Source: an uncultured delta proteobacterium (lineage in GTDB: Bacteria > Desulfobacterota > Binatia > UBA9968). Taken from it: a stretch of 64,000 nt of DNA. The stretch is from positions 320,001 through 384,000 of the forward strand of contig CAWJBB010000040.1 of assembly GCA_963840855.1 (NCBI GenBank). Direction: 5' to 3'. The position numbers were made by a program, and so were the translations under genes. The notes under the pieces were generated by a model, which saw nothing but the letters and a program-made list of their open reading frames with translations, was not told the DNA's origin and ran no database searches. Position 1 is the first letter of the stretch. The number at the start of each line of letters is the position of its first letter. Below, in pieces: positions 1 to 12,012 of the stretch.

Positions 1-354
1 TCCGGCGTTCAAATTACCTTGGGTCTTGTCTTTTAGCATCCCGATGATGTCGATCATCTGCTTGGCCACCGGAATATCTTTGTTATCTTTACCGCTCAGT
101 GGGTCGGCGATCTCGCCCAAATGCATTAACGCTTGCGTGCTCAGGCTGATGATGAACGTGGAAAAATTGATCGCGGGCAACGGCTCCTGGGACTGCGGCG
201 CATCGTGTTCAGCCTCCGGTTGACCCGGGGCGGATTCAACCCGTGTCGTATCACGGTTCTCCTGGGAATCTTCGCGGGCTTCACCCGTCTCTGGCGAGAA
301 CCGCCGCCGGTCTTGGACCGTAAATCCTTTTCCCGTTTCCTCTTCACTGGCCAT
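1..354 (-). CDS. DUF1844 family protein (partial, runs off window start)
   Basis: Manual translation from ATG at 354: MASEEETGKGFTVQDRRRF...INFSTFIISLSTQALMHLGEIADPLSGK...AKQMIDIIGMLKDKTQGNL, typical DUF1844 signature; not in ORF track because it is truncated. Confidence 0.8.
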   Translation of the reverse strand, partial: MASEEETGKGFTVQDRRRFSPETGEAREDSQENRDTTRVESAPGQPEAEHDAPQSQEPLPAINFSTFIISLSTQALMHLGEIADPLSGKDNKDIPVAKQMIDIIGMLKDKTQGNLNAG

Positions 355-372
355 ATGCGACACCTCGTTTAG

Positions 373-427
373 AGAAAAAATGCCTGGAAATGGTTCCCGT
401 CACAATTTGTGGCGGATTTCCAGGCAT
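373..427 (-). terminator. Intrinsic terminator-like hairpin upstream of DUF1844 gene
   Basis: 12-bp perfect inverted repeat ATGCCTGGAAAT (380-391) / ATTTCCAGGCAT (416-427) followed by a T-run on the minus strand. Confidence 0.5.
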
Positions 428-560
428 CGTTTAGAGAGCTAGTAGAGATAATTCTAGTCAGCCAATGGTCTGCCACGGAACGACGGATTTTCCCTTAGCT
501 CGCATTCTCTTTCATCGGATCGGCCTGACTGCTAGATTAAACTCTAATCCCTACCCCCCC

Positions 561-1547
561 TCATGTCAAGGTGGTTATCTCAGCGTGATGTTCCAACTCG
601 CCGATGACCTTTTCCGGCAAAAACTCCGTGAGACATTTTCTATGCGGGCAACTTTTCATAACGTCGAGATCGCATGGCGAGCAAGCAACATCAAGACTCA
701 GCAGCCGGACTTTGGGGCCTCTGGGCGCCCAGCGCCGCGCGTCCGAAGGACCGAACAATGCCACGGTCGGCGCGCCAACGGCGGCTGCAAGGTGGGTAAT
801 ACCGCTGTCGTTGCCGAGATAGAGGTCGCCGCGGCACAGTAATGCCGCGACTTGAGCCAGGTTCAAATTCTGCGCCGAGATGAAGTCAACGGCCAAAGCG
901 TCAAGGCCGCCCCGCTCCTGTTCCGCCGGGCCGAGAAGAACAATCACTGCGCCGCCGCTACGCCCGCGCCACCACCGGGCAACCGCGGCGAAGTAAGCTG
1001 CCGGCCAGTTTTTCTCCCTGGCGCCGCTTCCAGGCGTCAACACGAGCACCGCTTTTTCCTTGAGCGCATATCGGTCCCAGAACTCTTCGCGCCATTTAAC
1101 GGCTTCGGGCCGGAGCGGAATGTTTACAGCGCCGCAATGGTTTTGGGGAAATCCGAGGCACGATAGATAGTAATCTGTTTGATGCGTCGTTGAGTTCGCG
1201 CCGCGAAACGCGAACAGCCGCGCCCGTCCCGCCGCTACCGCGCCGAGTCCTTCGGCGAAAACAGGCAGACTGCTCCCCGTCCACGAGTAAATCCGCTCGT
1301 AGGGCGAAAAAAAATCGCGCACGCGCCGTTCGAAAGCGCCGCCGGCGACAAACAGCCGGTTAATCTCATATCGTTCTAGCGTGCCAACTGGAATATCTCG
1401 AGGCACGATATCGGCAAATTCAGTTTTGGCAAACACTTCGAGCTGCGCGTTCTTGGCCAGCGCGTGGAGAGCGGGAATCAAACAGACGAAATCCCCCAAC
1501 GCGCCGGGGAAGAGAACGGCGATACGCGGCTTGTTTAGGTCGGTCAT
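561..1547 (-). CDS. Glycosyltransferase family 9 (ADP-heptose:LPS heptosyltransferase-like)
   Basis: GALGD N-terminal motif, PGSG..KNWP, GNDSGITHLAAAVGAPTVALFGP. Confidence 0.9.
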   Translation of the reverse strand: MTDLNKPRIAVLFPGALGDFVCLIPALHALAKNAQLEVFAKTEFADIVPRDIPVGTLERYEINRLFVAGGAFERRVRDFFSPYERIYSWTGSSLPVFAEGLGAVAAGRARLFAFRGANSTTHQTDYYLSCLGFPQNHCGAVNIPLRPEAVKWREEFWDRYALKEKAVLVLTPGSGAREKNWPAAYFAAVARWWRGRSGGAVIVLLGPAEQERGGLDALAVDFISAQNLNLAQVAALLCRGDLYLGNDSGITHLAAAVGAPTVALFGPSDARRWAPRGPKVRLLSLDVACSPCDLDVMKSCPHRKCLTEFLPEKVIGELEHHAEITTLT

Positions 1548-1580
1548 GGGTCAGTAGTGTGGTGTGCACATAATTCAATC

Positions 1581-1664
1581 GTCATTCCGGGCAAGCTGGC
1601 GATAGCTAGCGCGATCCGGAATCCAGGAAAATCAACTAACTCTGGATGCTTTCGCGGGCATGAC
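1581..1664. repeat. Palindromic REP-like repeat (GTCATTCC...GGAATCCAG...CTGGAT...GGGCATGAC family)
   Basis: Terminal GTCAT/ATGAC inverted ends, internal ATCCAG/CTGGAT arms; relatives at 45547 and 45755. Confidence 0.6.
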
Positions 1665-1840
1665 GGTGAGAGACCACCGACTTCTTTTACGAACATTCGT
1701 TCCAGGACACTAGAGCACTTTCCAAAACTGTTCTGGACAGTTTCACAGCTTACGTTTCATTGACAATACTAGAGCAAGCATATAGCATTATTTCTTAACC
1801 GATTCGAACTTCACTCCCATCAAGAGAAACGAGCATAACT

Positions 1841-2794
1841 GTGGCAAGGATGAACGGCGCCCGATCCATTTTGGATTTGATCGGCTCCACTCCGGTCGTC
1901 AAGCTGAGAAACATTCCGGGTAAAGACGACGCCGAGGTGTGGGCCAAAATGGAATCATTCAACCCCGGCGGCTCCGTCAAAGACCGAATTTGTTTCAATA
2001 TGATCGAGTGCGCTGAGCGCGAGGGTAAAATCAAGCCCGGCGCCACCATCGTCGAACCCACCAGCGGCAACACCGGCATCGGCCTGGCGCTGATCGCGGC
2101 CGTGAAGGGTTACCGGCTGATTTTAACCATGCCCGACACCATGAGCGAAGAACGGCGCAGCCTCCTCGCCGCCTACGGCGCCCAATTGATTTTGACTCCG
2201 GATACCAAAGGCATGGGGGGCGCGATCCACAAGGCCGAAGAGTTGATACAACAGCATAGCGATTATTACATGCCACAGCAGTTCAACAACCCGGCAAATC
2301 CGGAAATGCACCGCAAAACTACGGCGGTGGAGCTGCTGAAACAGTTCAAGCGCATCGACGCATTCGTCGCCGGCGTAGGAACCGGCGGCACCATCACCGG
2401 CGTCGGGGAAGTTTTTAAAGACAAAATGAAAAACGTCCACATCGTGGCGGTGGAGCCGGCGTCCTCGCCCGTGATTTCCGGCGGCGAGCCCGGCTACCAT
2501 AAAATCCAGGGCATTGGCGCTGGGTTCATCCCTGCGGTGCTAAACCGCGACATTTTGGACGAGATCATAAGGGTCAGCGACGAAGAAGCGATTACTCACG
2601 CCCGCCGCTTGGCGGCACAGGAAGGCCTGCTCGTCGGTATTTCCTCCGGCGCGGCTTGCGCTGCGGCGCTGAAGGTCGCCAAGACTCTGGGGAAAGGCCA
2701 TGTCGTGGTCACCATTTTCGCCGATAAAGGCGAACACTATCTGAGTACCGATTTGTTCGGCGACAAGCGATGGACACAAAGCTCGACCAACTAG
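1841..2794 (+). CDS. cysK: Cysteine synthase A
   Basis: [17 protein letters not shown]-lysine motif, [22 protein letters not shown]. Confidence 0.95.
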   Translation: MARMNGARSILDLIGSTPVVKLRNIPGKDDAEVWAKMESFNPGGSVKDRICFNMIECAEREGKIKPGATIVEPTSGNTGIGLALIAAVKGYRLILTMPDTMSEERRSLLAAYGAQLILTPDTKGMGGAIHKAEELIQQHSDYYMPQQFNNPANPEMHRKTTAVELLKQFKRIDAFVAGVGTGGTITGVGEVFKDKMKNVHIVAVEPASSPVISGGEPGYHKIQGIGAGFIPAVLNRDILDEIIRVSDEEAITHARRLAAQEGLLVGISSGAACAAALKVAKTLGKGHVVVTIFADKGEHYLSTDLFGDKRWTQSSTN

Positions 2795-3582
2795 AGAGCA
2801 TCCTCCGTCAAACCGGCGGCGTCATGGTGGCGTTTTCGGCGGGCGTCGACTCGACTTTCCTGCTGAAAGTTGCCCACAGCGTCCTTGGTGACCAGGCTGT
2901 CGCGTTGACCGCTTCTTCTCCCACCGTGGCGCCGGGAGAACTCGATGCCGCTAAGGAATTCGCCGGCGGCTTGGGCTGCCGTCACATCATCGTAGAATCG
3001 CACGAGCTCGCCAACCCTTCCTTCTCGCAGAACCCGGCGAATCGCTGTTTTTTCTGCAAAGACGAGCTGTATCGAATCTGCCGGGATCAGGCGCGCCAGA
3101 TCGGCATCAATGTCATCGTCGATGGCACCAATCTGGACGACCTCAAGGATCACCGCCCAGGCCTCAAAGCCGCCAACGCATTTGGCATACGTCACCCGCT
3201 AGTGGAAGCCGCGCTGACCAAAGACGATATCCGCCGCTATAGCCGGGAGCTGAGCCTGCCGACCTGGGATAAGCCGTCGAGCCCCTGCCTCTCGTCGCGT
3301 TTTCCCTATGGCACGGAAATCAATCTCGAACGGCTGAAGAAAATCGCCGCTTGCGAAGTTTTCCTGAAAGAACTTCGTTTTCGCGAATTTCGCGTGCGCT
3401 ACCACGGCGATCTCGCGCGCATCGAGGTCGCCCCCGGTGAGCTCGAGCGGTTGATGGAAAAAAATACCCGGGAGGCCGTGGTGCGCAGATTCAAAGAGGT
3501 AGGTTTCAACTATATCAGCCTTGATTTGCAAGGCTACCGCACGGGCAGCATGAACGAGGCGCTCGCCGCGAAACCGGGTTAG
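2770..3582 (+). CDS. larE: ATP-dependent sulfur transferase LarE
   Basis: PP-loop [47 protein letters not shown]. Confidence 0.9.
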   Translation: MDTKLDQLESILRQTGGVMVAFSAGVDSTFLLKVAHSVLGDQAVALTASSPTVAPGELDAAKEFAGGLGCRHIIVESHELANPSFSQNPANRCFFCKDELYRICRDQARQIGINVIVDGTNLDDLKDHRPGLKAANAFGIRHPLVEAALTKDDIRRYSRELSLPTWDKPSSPCLSSRFPYGTEINLERLKKIAACEVFLKELRFREFRVRYHGDLARIEVAPGELERLMEKNTREAVVRRFKEVGFNYISLDLQGYRTGSMNEALAAKPG

Positions 3583-4278
3583 GGAATCCGCCCTTGGCGG
3601 ATCAAAGTTTCAGCAAGCCAGATATCGTCCGGCACGGTAATTTTGAAATTGGTCCTTTCGCCGTCGAGGAGAAAGACTCTCTCGCCTTTTTTTTCCACCA
3701 GCATTGCGTCATCGGTCGCCTCAATTTTCTCCCGCGCGGCCCAGGCATGGGCCGCCGAGATGATCTCGCGCTTGAATACCTGCGGGGTCTGAATCTCCCA
3801 TAAGGAATCGCGCCGCGGCGTGGTTTCAATCCAATGGTCCGCGGCGACGATTTTGATCGTATCCCGCACCGGCAACCCGACCACTACCGCCCCCTTGTCG
3901 CGGGCAACTTCAACGGAGCGATCGATGAGCTCCGGCGACACAAATGGCCTGGCGCCGTCGTGTATCGCGATGATCTCGGCGTCATCGCCGGCCTTTTCCA
4001 GACCTCGCCTTACCGATTCCTGCCTGGTGGCGCCACCGCTCTGTAAAACCCACGGGCGATTTCTCGACGTCGCGTCCGCCTGAAGCATCGCTTCCGCATG
4101 GGACAGTTGATCGGCGGCAACAACGACAACGATTCTGCCGATGGTACGCGCTGAGTAGAACCGGTCCATGAGTGCGCAGCATCATCGCCCGGCCGCAAAG
4201 CGGCAGAAAAATCTTCGGCGGATTACCCCCGATTCTGCGGCCTTCGCCGGCGGCGACGATTATCGCGATGGCGTCCAT
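3579..4278 (-). CDS. ispD: 2-C-methyl-D-erythritol 4-phosphate cytidylyltransferase (frameshift near 4170, probably sequence error)
   Basis: AAGEGRR..PK N-terminus in ORF 3982-4278; GGATRQESV, HDGARP, QTPQ, TDD, NFKIT in ORF 3579-4169. Confidence 0.9.
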
Positions 4279-4292
4279 TATTTAGTAAAAAC

Positions 4293-4326
4293 AAAAAAAG
4301 CCGAGGGATACTTCCCTTCGGCTCTT
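4293..4326 (-). terminator. Rho-independent terminator after carD
   Basis: GAGCCGAAGGGA...TCCCTCGGCT stem followed by a T-run on the minus strand. Confidence 0.7.
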
Positions 4327-4358
4327 TCTAGCGGTCAATTTATGAATCGGCCAGTAAC

Positions 4359-4841
4359 TCAGTGCGTAAATATATGGCGCAGTTCCTCCATGATCTTTTC
4401 CTCGGAATGCGCCCGCGCGATGGATAATTCCTTCACCAGAAGATTGCGCGCGGTGTCGAGCATTTTCCGCTCGCCGAAGGAAAGCTCCTTGTCGCCCTTG
4501 AGCACGAAAAGGTCGCGCAGCACCGTGGCGATTTCGAGCACGGAGCCCGTTTTGATTTTCTCCGTATATTCACGATAGCGTCGATTCCATGTCTGTTGAT
4601 CCGTTTCAACCTTTTTTTGCCGCAAAATTTTGTAGACCTTTGTAACCATCGCGCGGTCGATCACTTTGCGCAACCCCACCGAGTCGACATTGTCGATGGG
4701 AATCATAATCTTCATACCGGTTTCAAGAATTCGCATCATGTAAAACTTCTTCTCGGTACCGGAGATGGCGTTGGTCCGTATCGCCTCGATTTCCCCCACT
4801 CCATGAGCGGGGTATACTACCTTCTCACCTACTTTGAACAT
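4359..4841 (-). CDS. carD: CarD family transcriptional regulator
   Basis: MFKVGEKVVYPAHGVG, TWNRRYR, LSFGERKML; conserved carD-ispD synteny. Confidence 0.95.
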   Translation of the reverse strand: MFKVGEKVVYPAHGVGEIEAIRTNAISGTEKKFYMMRILETGMKIMIPIDNVDSVGLRKVIDRAMVTKVYKILRQKKVETDQQTWNRRYREYTEKIKTGSVLEIATVLRDLFVLKGDKELSFGERKMLDTARNLLVKELSIARAHSEEKIMEELRHIFTH

Positions 4842-5211
4842 CGGAAACCTCCTCGCGAAGACGAGACCCGACTCGTAATCGGCCTTTCGTGTAAGATGGC
4901 TGTTTGGATTGTTTGGCAGAAGAGCAGTGATTTTGGTCGGAACAGTGGCGTAAATACTATTCGGCGCGGGTAATGCGTTCCAATTAACATGCCGTTTTTT
5001 GCCACATAGTCAACAAACAATCGGCCTACTTACGGCCCGCTCATTTGCTGTAACGTACCTTTAACTTATACACCACGATTTGCGGGGCCGTCAAGAGAAC
5101 CGCTGTAGAGACAAAAGAAATAGAAATGACTTTTCAATAGATTAGGCGTTAACTATTCATGCCTAAACGTTCTCTTTTGGCAGGCAAGAATAGCGGGCTG
5201 AATGCCGGTCG

Positions 5212-5675
5212 CTAGCTGAGTTCCAGAGACATGAGAAAGGCATCTTCTCCGTCATCCGAATAGTAACCTTTGCGCACGCCGGTGACGGCAAAGCCCATGG
5301 ATTCATAGAGCTTTTGAGCGGGCAGGTTGGATTTTCTAACTTCTAGCGTGATTCGGGAAGACGCGCGGCCACGGGCCTCGAGCACAACCTGCTCCAGGAG
5401 GCGACGACCCAAACCGCGGCGCCGACAATCGCTATGCACCGCAACATTATGGATATCGATCGCGCCCGGCAGCAACCAGAAAAGGATGTAGCCAGCGATC
5501 CGGCCATCGATTTCAGCCAGAATCGAGCGCGCGTATTCTGCCTGCATCTCCTGGCGAAAGAACCGTTCGCTCCAAGGGTATGCGTATGCGGTTCGTTCGA
5601 TGGCCATGACATCAGCCATGTCCGCCAGAGTTATAGGCCGGAAGGTTAACTGGCCGCCGGACGCAAAAGAGCCAT
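5212..5675 (-). CDS. rimI: Ribosomal-protein alanine N-acetyltransferase (start uncertain)
   Basis: IERTAYAYPWS, HNVAV..RRRGLG, LEVRKSN..AQKLY..GF..RKGYY..GEDA. Confidence 0.85.
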
Positions 5676-5731
5676 AGGTAGCATGATCATCTTGTGGCTC
5701 CTTTTGGAATAGGCCGCTCCAGAATTTCGGA

Positions 5732-7189
<1,458 letters not shown>

Positions 7190-7248
7190 TCAATGTTTCG
7201 CGCCCTTCTTGAATGTCGCGAAAGGATCATGTTAGCTAATTCCTCTGG

Positions 7249-7324
7249 GGCGGCGTACCCAAGTGGTTAAGGGAGAGGTCTGCAAAACCTCGATGCAGCG
7301 GTTCGAATCCGCTCGCCGCCTCCA
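7249..7324 (+). tRNA. tRNA-Cys(GCA)
   Basis: Acceptor stem GGCGGCG/CGCCGCC, anticodon arm GAGGT-CTGCAAA-ACCTC, GGTTCGAATCC T-loop, encoded CCA. Confidence 0.97.
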
Positions 7325-7542
7325 ATTTCTTATCGAATACCAATCGCCTCCTTTTTCCTCGCGTAAACTGAGTGTAAGCTTCCTCGCTGATTTAGAGTCG
7401 GCACGCCAGGGCTTCGCCGCCCGTTATCAGGCGGCCGCCATATTTACGGGCTGTCCTGGAGTGAGCAATCCTGCATTTCCAAGAGTTTTAAGTCGCTTTT
7501 CATCATACTCGCGTGCGGCATACCGCTAGCTTTACCCGGTGC

Positions 7543-7812
7543 ATGGACCCACTGCTCACTTTTAAGGCGGTAAGCCTTTCGGTAATCGCACTATGTGCAT
7601 TGACGGGGCTTTTCCTCTTATTGATTTCTGCAAGGAAAGAACGCGATTTTGGCCCTCCGCTCAAAGGCGTCGTCATGTTTGCCTTTGTCGTTGTGGGGCT
7701 ATGCGCCGCTCTGGCCCTTTTGTTCGCTTATCAACTTCAGAAGCAGATCTCAGAAGTCCAGCGATTGGATAGGGTCGATTTTCGAACCACACTCACAGCG
7801 CGACAGTCATGA
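7543..7812 (+). CDS. Small two-helix membrane protein
   Basis: Two hydrophobic segments; ATGA overlap with next ORF. Confidence 0.55.
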   Translation: MDPLLTFKAVSLSVIALCALTGLFLLLISARKERDFGPPLKGVVMFAFVVVGLCAALALLFAYQLQKQISEVQRLDRVDFRTTLTARQS

Positions 7813-8123
7813 CGGCCATCGAAGAGAAAACCCGGTTCTTGCTCATCCTGAATGTACTTCTTCAACTCCTTGACGGGAGCGTTTCTTACGGGCTGATGTC
7901 GCTGGGCGGGGCGCAGGCAAGTCCATTTGTCAATGCCGCGCTGGAGAGTCAGCGAATCATGAGCGGTTTGCTCTACAATAAAGCCCTAGCCTGTACTTTG
8001 TTATTCCTGATTTATGTTTTGAGATACAGGCGCGAAGTCATGGCCGCCAATGCACTGACGATAACTGCCTGCGTTTATACCTGCCACAGCGCGGCTTTCA
8101 TGTGGAAATTGTGGCTCCGGTAA
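7809..8123 (+). CDS. Small membrane protein (DUF5658-like)
   Basis: LNVLLQLLDG..SY.L and K-containing second helix; three hydrophobic segments. Confidence 0.6.
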   Translation: MTAIEEKTRFLLILNVLLQLLDGSVSYGLMSLGGAQASPFVNAALESQRIMSGLLYNKALACTLLFLIYVLRYRREVMAANALTITACVYTCHSAAFMWKLWLR

Positions 8124-8159
8124 ACCCGAGTCACTGCTCATACGCGGCAGATGCCTTAA

Positions 8160-8600
8160 TCATGCATACGTCTCAAGTTTACGCACCAGCGAACGGACAA
8201 CTGCCGACGGTATCCAACTGTTTGCCTTTAGAGGACTAGGTATGCCAAAAGCGAGCAGCATTTTTAATGCAGCCATTTGATGAATCGTCATATTCGTTGA
8301 CTGTAATTTGACAGCCACCACGTTTCCAAAATGCGCAGCTAAGCCGGCAAACTCGAGCATCGGATCGAGCTTGCCTTCCTCGTCCAATTGTCGGGCGTCG
8401 TCGTAGCCGCCTATGGGATTGCCATCGATAAAGATTTGCGGCACCGTGTAGCGCCCGGAGAGCCTTTCCATCTCAGCTCTTCGCTCAGGGGCGTGGGTCA
8501 CGTTTATCTCTTCGAACTCCACGTTCTTGGAACGCAGCAAGGACTTGGCGCCGAAACAATAAGGGCAATAGTTGGCTGTATAGATGACGACTCGCGCCAT
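8160..8600 (-). CDS. grxC: Glutaredoxin 3 (C-terminal ~60 aa extension probably due to an indel near 8355)
   Basis: CPYC active site, TVPQIFI, IGGYDD. Confidence 0.9.
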   Translation of the reverse strand: MARVVIYTANYCPYCFGAKSLLRSKNVEFEEINVTHAPERRAEMERLSGRYTVPQIFIDGNPIGGYDDARQLDEEGKLDPMLEFAGLAAHFGNVVAVKLQSTNMTIHQMAALKMLLAFGIPSPLKANSWIPSAVVRSLVRKLETYA

Positions 8601-8683
8601 AGGATTACAACTCCGTTTCGCTGGCTATGATAATACCTCGACGGCTGCTTGAAAGCCCACGGCTATTTTGCCATTAGTGAGCG

Positions 8684-9280
8684 GTGAAGTTAATCGGTCT
8701 GACCGGCGGCATCGCGTCGGGTAAAAGCACCGTTGCGGCGATATTGCGGCGACTCGGCACGGCCATCGTTAATGCCGATGAACTATCTCGCGAGGTCGTC
8801 CAGCCCGATAAGGAGGGCTGGAGAGAAATTGTTAACGCCTTTGGCGCGGAAGTCCTCCAGCCCGACCGAACTATCGACCGCCAGAAACTCAGGAAAATCA
8901 TTTTTAGCGACCCGGAGGCGCGCAAAAAACTCGAAGTGATCATCCACCCGCGGGTTCGCGCCCTGGCGAAAGAGCGCTTCCGAGAGCATGCCGCCGCCGG
9001 TTTCGAGATTGTCGTTTACGAAGTGCCGCTCCTCTTCGAGGGCAACCTGGAGGACTCGCTACGCCCGGTTGTCTTAGTCGCCGCGGACTTCGCGACTCAG
9101 AAAAAAAGGCTGCAAGACAGAGACCACCTCACGGAATCCGAAGCGGAGAAGCACATCGCGGCGCAGATGAGCTTGGAGGAGAAGCGCCGCCTGGCCGATT
9201 TTGTGATCGAGAACGACGGCAGTCTCGATGATCTTGAGCAGCGGGTCCAGGAGGTATTGGCCAAGATCAGAGTTACTTGA
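8684..9280 (+). CDS. coaE: Dephospho-CoA kinase
   Basis: IGLTGGIASGKST, IIHPRV, EVPLLFE, ADFVIEN. Confidence 0.95.
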   Translation: MKLIGLTGGIASGKSTVAAILRRLGTAIVNADELSREVVQPDKEGWREIVNAFGAEVLQPDRTIDRQKLRKIIFSDPEARKKLEVIIHPRVRALAKERFREHAAAGFEIVVYEVPLLFEGNLEDSLRPVVLVAADFATQKKRLQDRDHLTESEAEKHIAAQMSLEEKRRLADFVIENDGSLDDLEQRVQEVLAKIRVT

Positions 9281-9833
9281 CCCGTTCGAGATAGCTCCCA
9301 TCGGATGGATCGACGCGAACTTTGTCGCCGACTTGAACGAACGGCGGCACCTGGACGGTCACGCCGGTCTCCAATTTCGCCGGTTTGTAAGAGGCGCTCG
9401 CCGTGGCGCCCTTCATCGACGGCTCGGTATCGATAACCTCTAAATCTACCGTCCCAGGCGGGTTGATTCCCACTGGCTTGCCGTCATGGAATTCGATGCC
9501 GACAATGGAATTGGGCAATAGAAAAGATAAAAGAGCGCCTATGTCTTCCGACGTCAAAGCCATCTGTTCGTAGTTTTCAGTGTCCATGAACATGTGCAGG
9601 TCGCCCTCGGCGTAGAGATATTGCATTTGCCGGTTATCCAAGATCGCCTGATCGACGCGATCTTCCGAGCGAAACTTGTATTCGGTGCCGATGCCGGTGC
9701 GAAGATTTTTCATCTTGGTTTGCATGAATCCCCGTTTATTGCCGGGGGTCAGGTGATGCACCGCAGTGACGCGAAACAAATCCCCTTCGTGAATGATGAT
9801 CATCCCCGGCCTCAATTGCGTTGCTTGAACCAT
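9273..9833 (-). CDS. efp: Elongation factor P
   Basis: TPGNKRG loop, QYLY, DTENYEQ, KPAKLETG..VQVPPFV. Confidence 0.95.
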   Translation of the reverse strand: MVQATQLRPGMIIIHEGDLFRVTAVHHLTPGNKRGFMQTKMKNLRTGIGTEYKFRSEDRVDQAILDNRQMQYLYAEGDLHMFMDTENYEQMALTSEDIGALLSFLLPNSIVGIEFHDGKPVGINPPGTVDLEVIDTEPSMKGATASASYKPAKLETGVTVQVPPFVQVGDKVRVDPSDGSYLERVK

Positions 9834-9934
9834 CTTATAAATACCTTCCTTAGTCGACCTGTGATTGAGTTAACGCGTTCGGTTCAGGAGTTCAAAGTCA
9901 CTCCTCCGGCTTCTTGCCGAGCGCCGACTCCCGG

Positions 9935-11212
9935 CTACGCGTAAAGGCCGCGCCACAACATCGCCGTGGCAACGCGCTGGATGCCGATCATAAGAGCCGC
10001 CGACCGCATGCCGACGTCCTCCTTTAGACTGAGATTGAGGACTTCATGAAACGACTTGGTCAAGATGTCTCTGAGCTTTTTGTTGACTTCGTCCTCGGTC
10101 CAGAAAAAGTTCTGCAAGTCTTGCACCCACTCGAAATAAGACACCACGACCCCACCGGCGTTCGCCAGGATATCGGGAATAACAAAAACGTTTTTTTGTG
10201 CCAGGATCGAGTCCGCGTCCAAAGTGGTTGGACCGTTGGCGCCTTCTGCCAGAATGCGGCATTGTAAACGGCCGGCGTTTTCCTTGGTGATCTGCATCTC
10301 GAGGGCCGCCGGCACGAGAATATCGCACTTGAGCTCTAAAAGTTCCTCGTTGGTGATCTTTTCCCCGTAGGTGCAGCCTTCTAAGCTATGATTTTTGTCC
10401 GCCACTTCGAGCAGCTTTTCTACCGGCAACCCCTTCGCGTCAAAGTATCCCCCCGTTCGATCAGACACGCCGATAACCCTGACGCCGAGACGTGCCAGCT
10501 CCTGGGTAACCACCGAACCGACGTTCCCAAACCCCTGGACAACCGCGGTGCATCCGGTAATACCGATGCCTAAATAATTGGCGGCTTCGGTAATCATATA
10601 AACGACCCCGCGGCCCGTCGCTTCCCGCCTGCCATGCGTGCCGCCAATGGCCACCGGCTTTCCCGTGACGACCTCCGGCACGGCATGCCCCTTGTGTTGC
10701 GAATAGGTGTCCATGATCCACGCCATCACTTGTTCATTGGTTCCCATGTCCGGAGCCGGCACATCCACCTCGGGACCAATAAAGTTGAGAATTTCAGCGG
10801 TGTAGCGCCTGGTGAGCGACTGAAGCTCATTTCCGGATAGGTCCGCGGGATCGCAGGCGACGCCGCCTTTGGCGCCACCCAGCGGTAGACCGACCAATGA
10901 ACACTTCCAGGTCATCCACATTGCCAGCGCGGAGACCTCCCCGAGACTCACCTCGGGATGATAGCGAATGCCGCCTTTAAACGGCCCCAACACATCATTG
11001 TGCTGCACCCGATAACCAGTAAAAACATGGACTCTGCCATCGTCCATTCGGGTCGGAACACTGACGATCATCGCCCTATCAGGCCGGCGCAACCGTACGG
11101 CGACGTTCGGATCGAGGTTGAGTTTGGCCGAAGCGACATCGAACTGCCTCATCGCTAACTCGCTCGCCGGACACTGCCACTCACCCAGCGACATATTTTT
11201 CTCCGGCATCAT
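9935..11212 (-). CDS. gdhA: Glu/Leu/Phe/Val dehydrogenase (glutamate dehydrogenase)
   Basis: GPFKGGIRY, GGAKGG, DVPAPD, QGFGNVG, EGANGP, NAGGVVVSYFEW. Confidence 0.92.
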   Translation of the reverse strand: MMPEKNMSLGEWQCPASELAMRQFDVASAKLNLDPNVAVRLRRPDRAMIVSVPTRMDDGRVHVFTGYRVQHNDVLGPFKGGIRYHPEVSLGEVSALAMWMTWKCSLVGLPLGGAKGGVACDPADLSGNELQSLTRRYTAEILNFIGPEVDVPAPDMGTNEQVMAWIMDTYSQHKGHAVPEVVTGKPVAIGGTHGRREATGRGVVYMITEAANYLGIGITGCTAVVQGFGNVGSVVTQELARLGVRVIGVSDRTGGYFDAKGLPVEKLLEVADKNHSLEGCTYGEKITNEELLELKCDILVPAALEMQITKENAGRLQCRILAEGANGPTTLDADSILAQKNVFVIPDILANAGGVVVSYFEWVQDLQNFFWTEDEVNKKLRDILTKSFHEVLNLSLKEDVGMRSAALMIGIQRVATAMLWRGLYA

Positions 11213-11236
11213 TTCGCTATCTAGTGCTACTGTCCT

Positions 11237-11581
11237 TTACCCTGGCGGCCACCTCATCTGACGCCCGCCCAACAGATGATAGTGCAAGTGAAAGACGCTC
11301 TGCCCGGCATCGGCGCCGTCATTGACCACCACACGGTAGCCGCTTTCCGCGATACCGAAATCCTTGGCCAGTTTCGCAGCGGCGATAAAAATCGCCCCGA
11401 CCACCGGGCCATCGGCCGGCTCAAGGCTCGATATCGACGCGATGTGTTTGCGCGGCACGATGAGCAGATGAACCGGCGCTTTGGGACCGATGTCCTTGAA
11501 GGCCACCACTGCGTCGTCTTGGTAAACGATGTCTCCTTTAACCTTGCCTTCGATGACAGCGCAGAAGAGACAATCGCTCAT
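11237..11581 (-). CDS. HIT family nucleotide-binding protein
   Basis: DCLFC, GQSVFHLHYHLLGG histidine triad. Confidence 0.93.
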   Translation of the reverse strand: MSDCLFCAVIEGKVKGDIVYQDDAVVAFKDIGPKAPVHLLIVPRKHIASISSLEPADGPVVGAIFIAAAKLAKDFGIAESGYRVVVNDGADAGQSVFHLHYHLLGGRQMRWPPG

Positions 11582-11619
11582 GTGTGACTCCTTGATCGTG
11601 CCCGGTGGACGAGCGGCGT

Positions 11620-12003
11620 TCAGTCTTGCGAATTTCTATCTGGAAATCGCGCGAAAATTTTTTCGTCTTCGATCTCCAGCTTAAGTTTCTGCAACGCGGC
11701 GCCGACGCAGGGCCCCCACACACATTCTCCCGTCGGCGGCTCGAACACCGCGCCGTGATTGGCGCACATGAGATAACGGCGATCGACGGTGAAAAACTGA
11801 TTATCGACCCAATCCAGCGAGATGCCTACATGGGGGCAGCGGTTCAAGTAGGCGAATAAATTTCCTTGGTAATTGACCAACAGCGCTTCGGTGTCGAATT
11901 CGCCGCGCCGTATCTTGAACTTTTTGCTCGCGCCATGGGCCAACTCGCCCACTTTGGCGACCAGTTTCCGGCGCGGGTCCTGCTCGGCTTTGGTTCTCAT
12001 CAC
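11620..12003 (-). CDS. Rieske [2Fe-2S] ferredoxin
   Basis: CPH...CANHGA.F...G.C..GPC.G. Confidence 0.88.
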   Translation of the reverse strand: MMRTKAEQDPRRKLVAKVGELAHGASKKFKIRRGEFDTEALLVNYQGNLFAYLNRCPHVGISLDWVDNQFFTVDRRYLMCANHGAVFEPPTGECVWGPCVGAALQKLKLEIEDEKIFARFPDRNSQD

Positions 12004-12012
12004 ATCAAGTCC

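Noticed and set aside
7325-8330. Integrative element at tRNA-Cys
   Set aside because: Only two small membrane ORFs follow; no integrase or duplicated tRNA 3' end was seen
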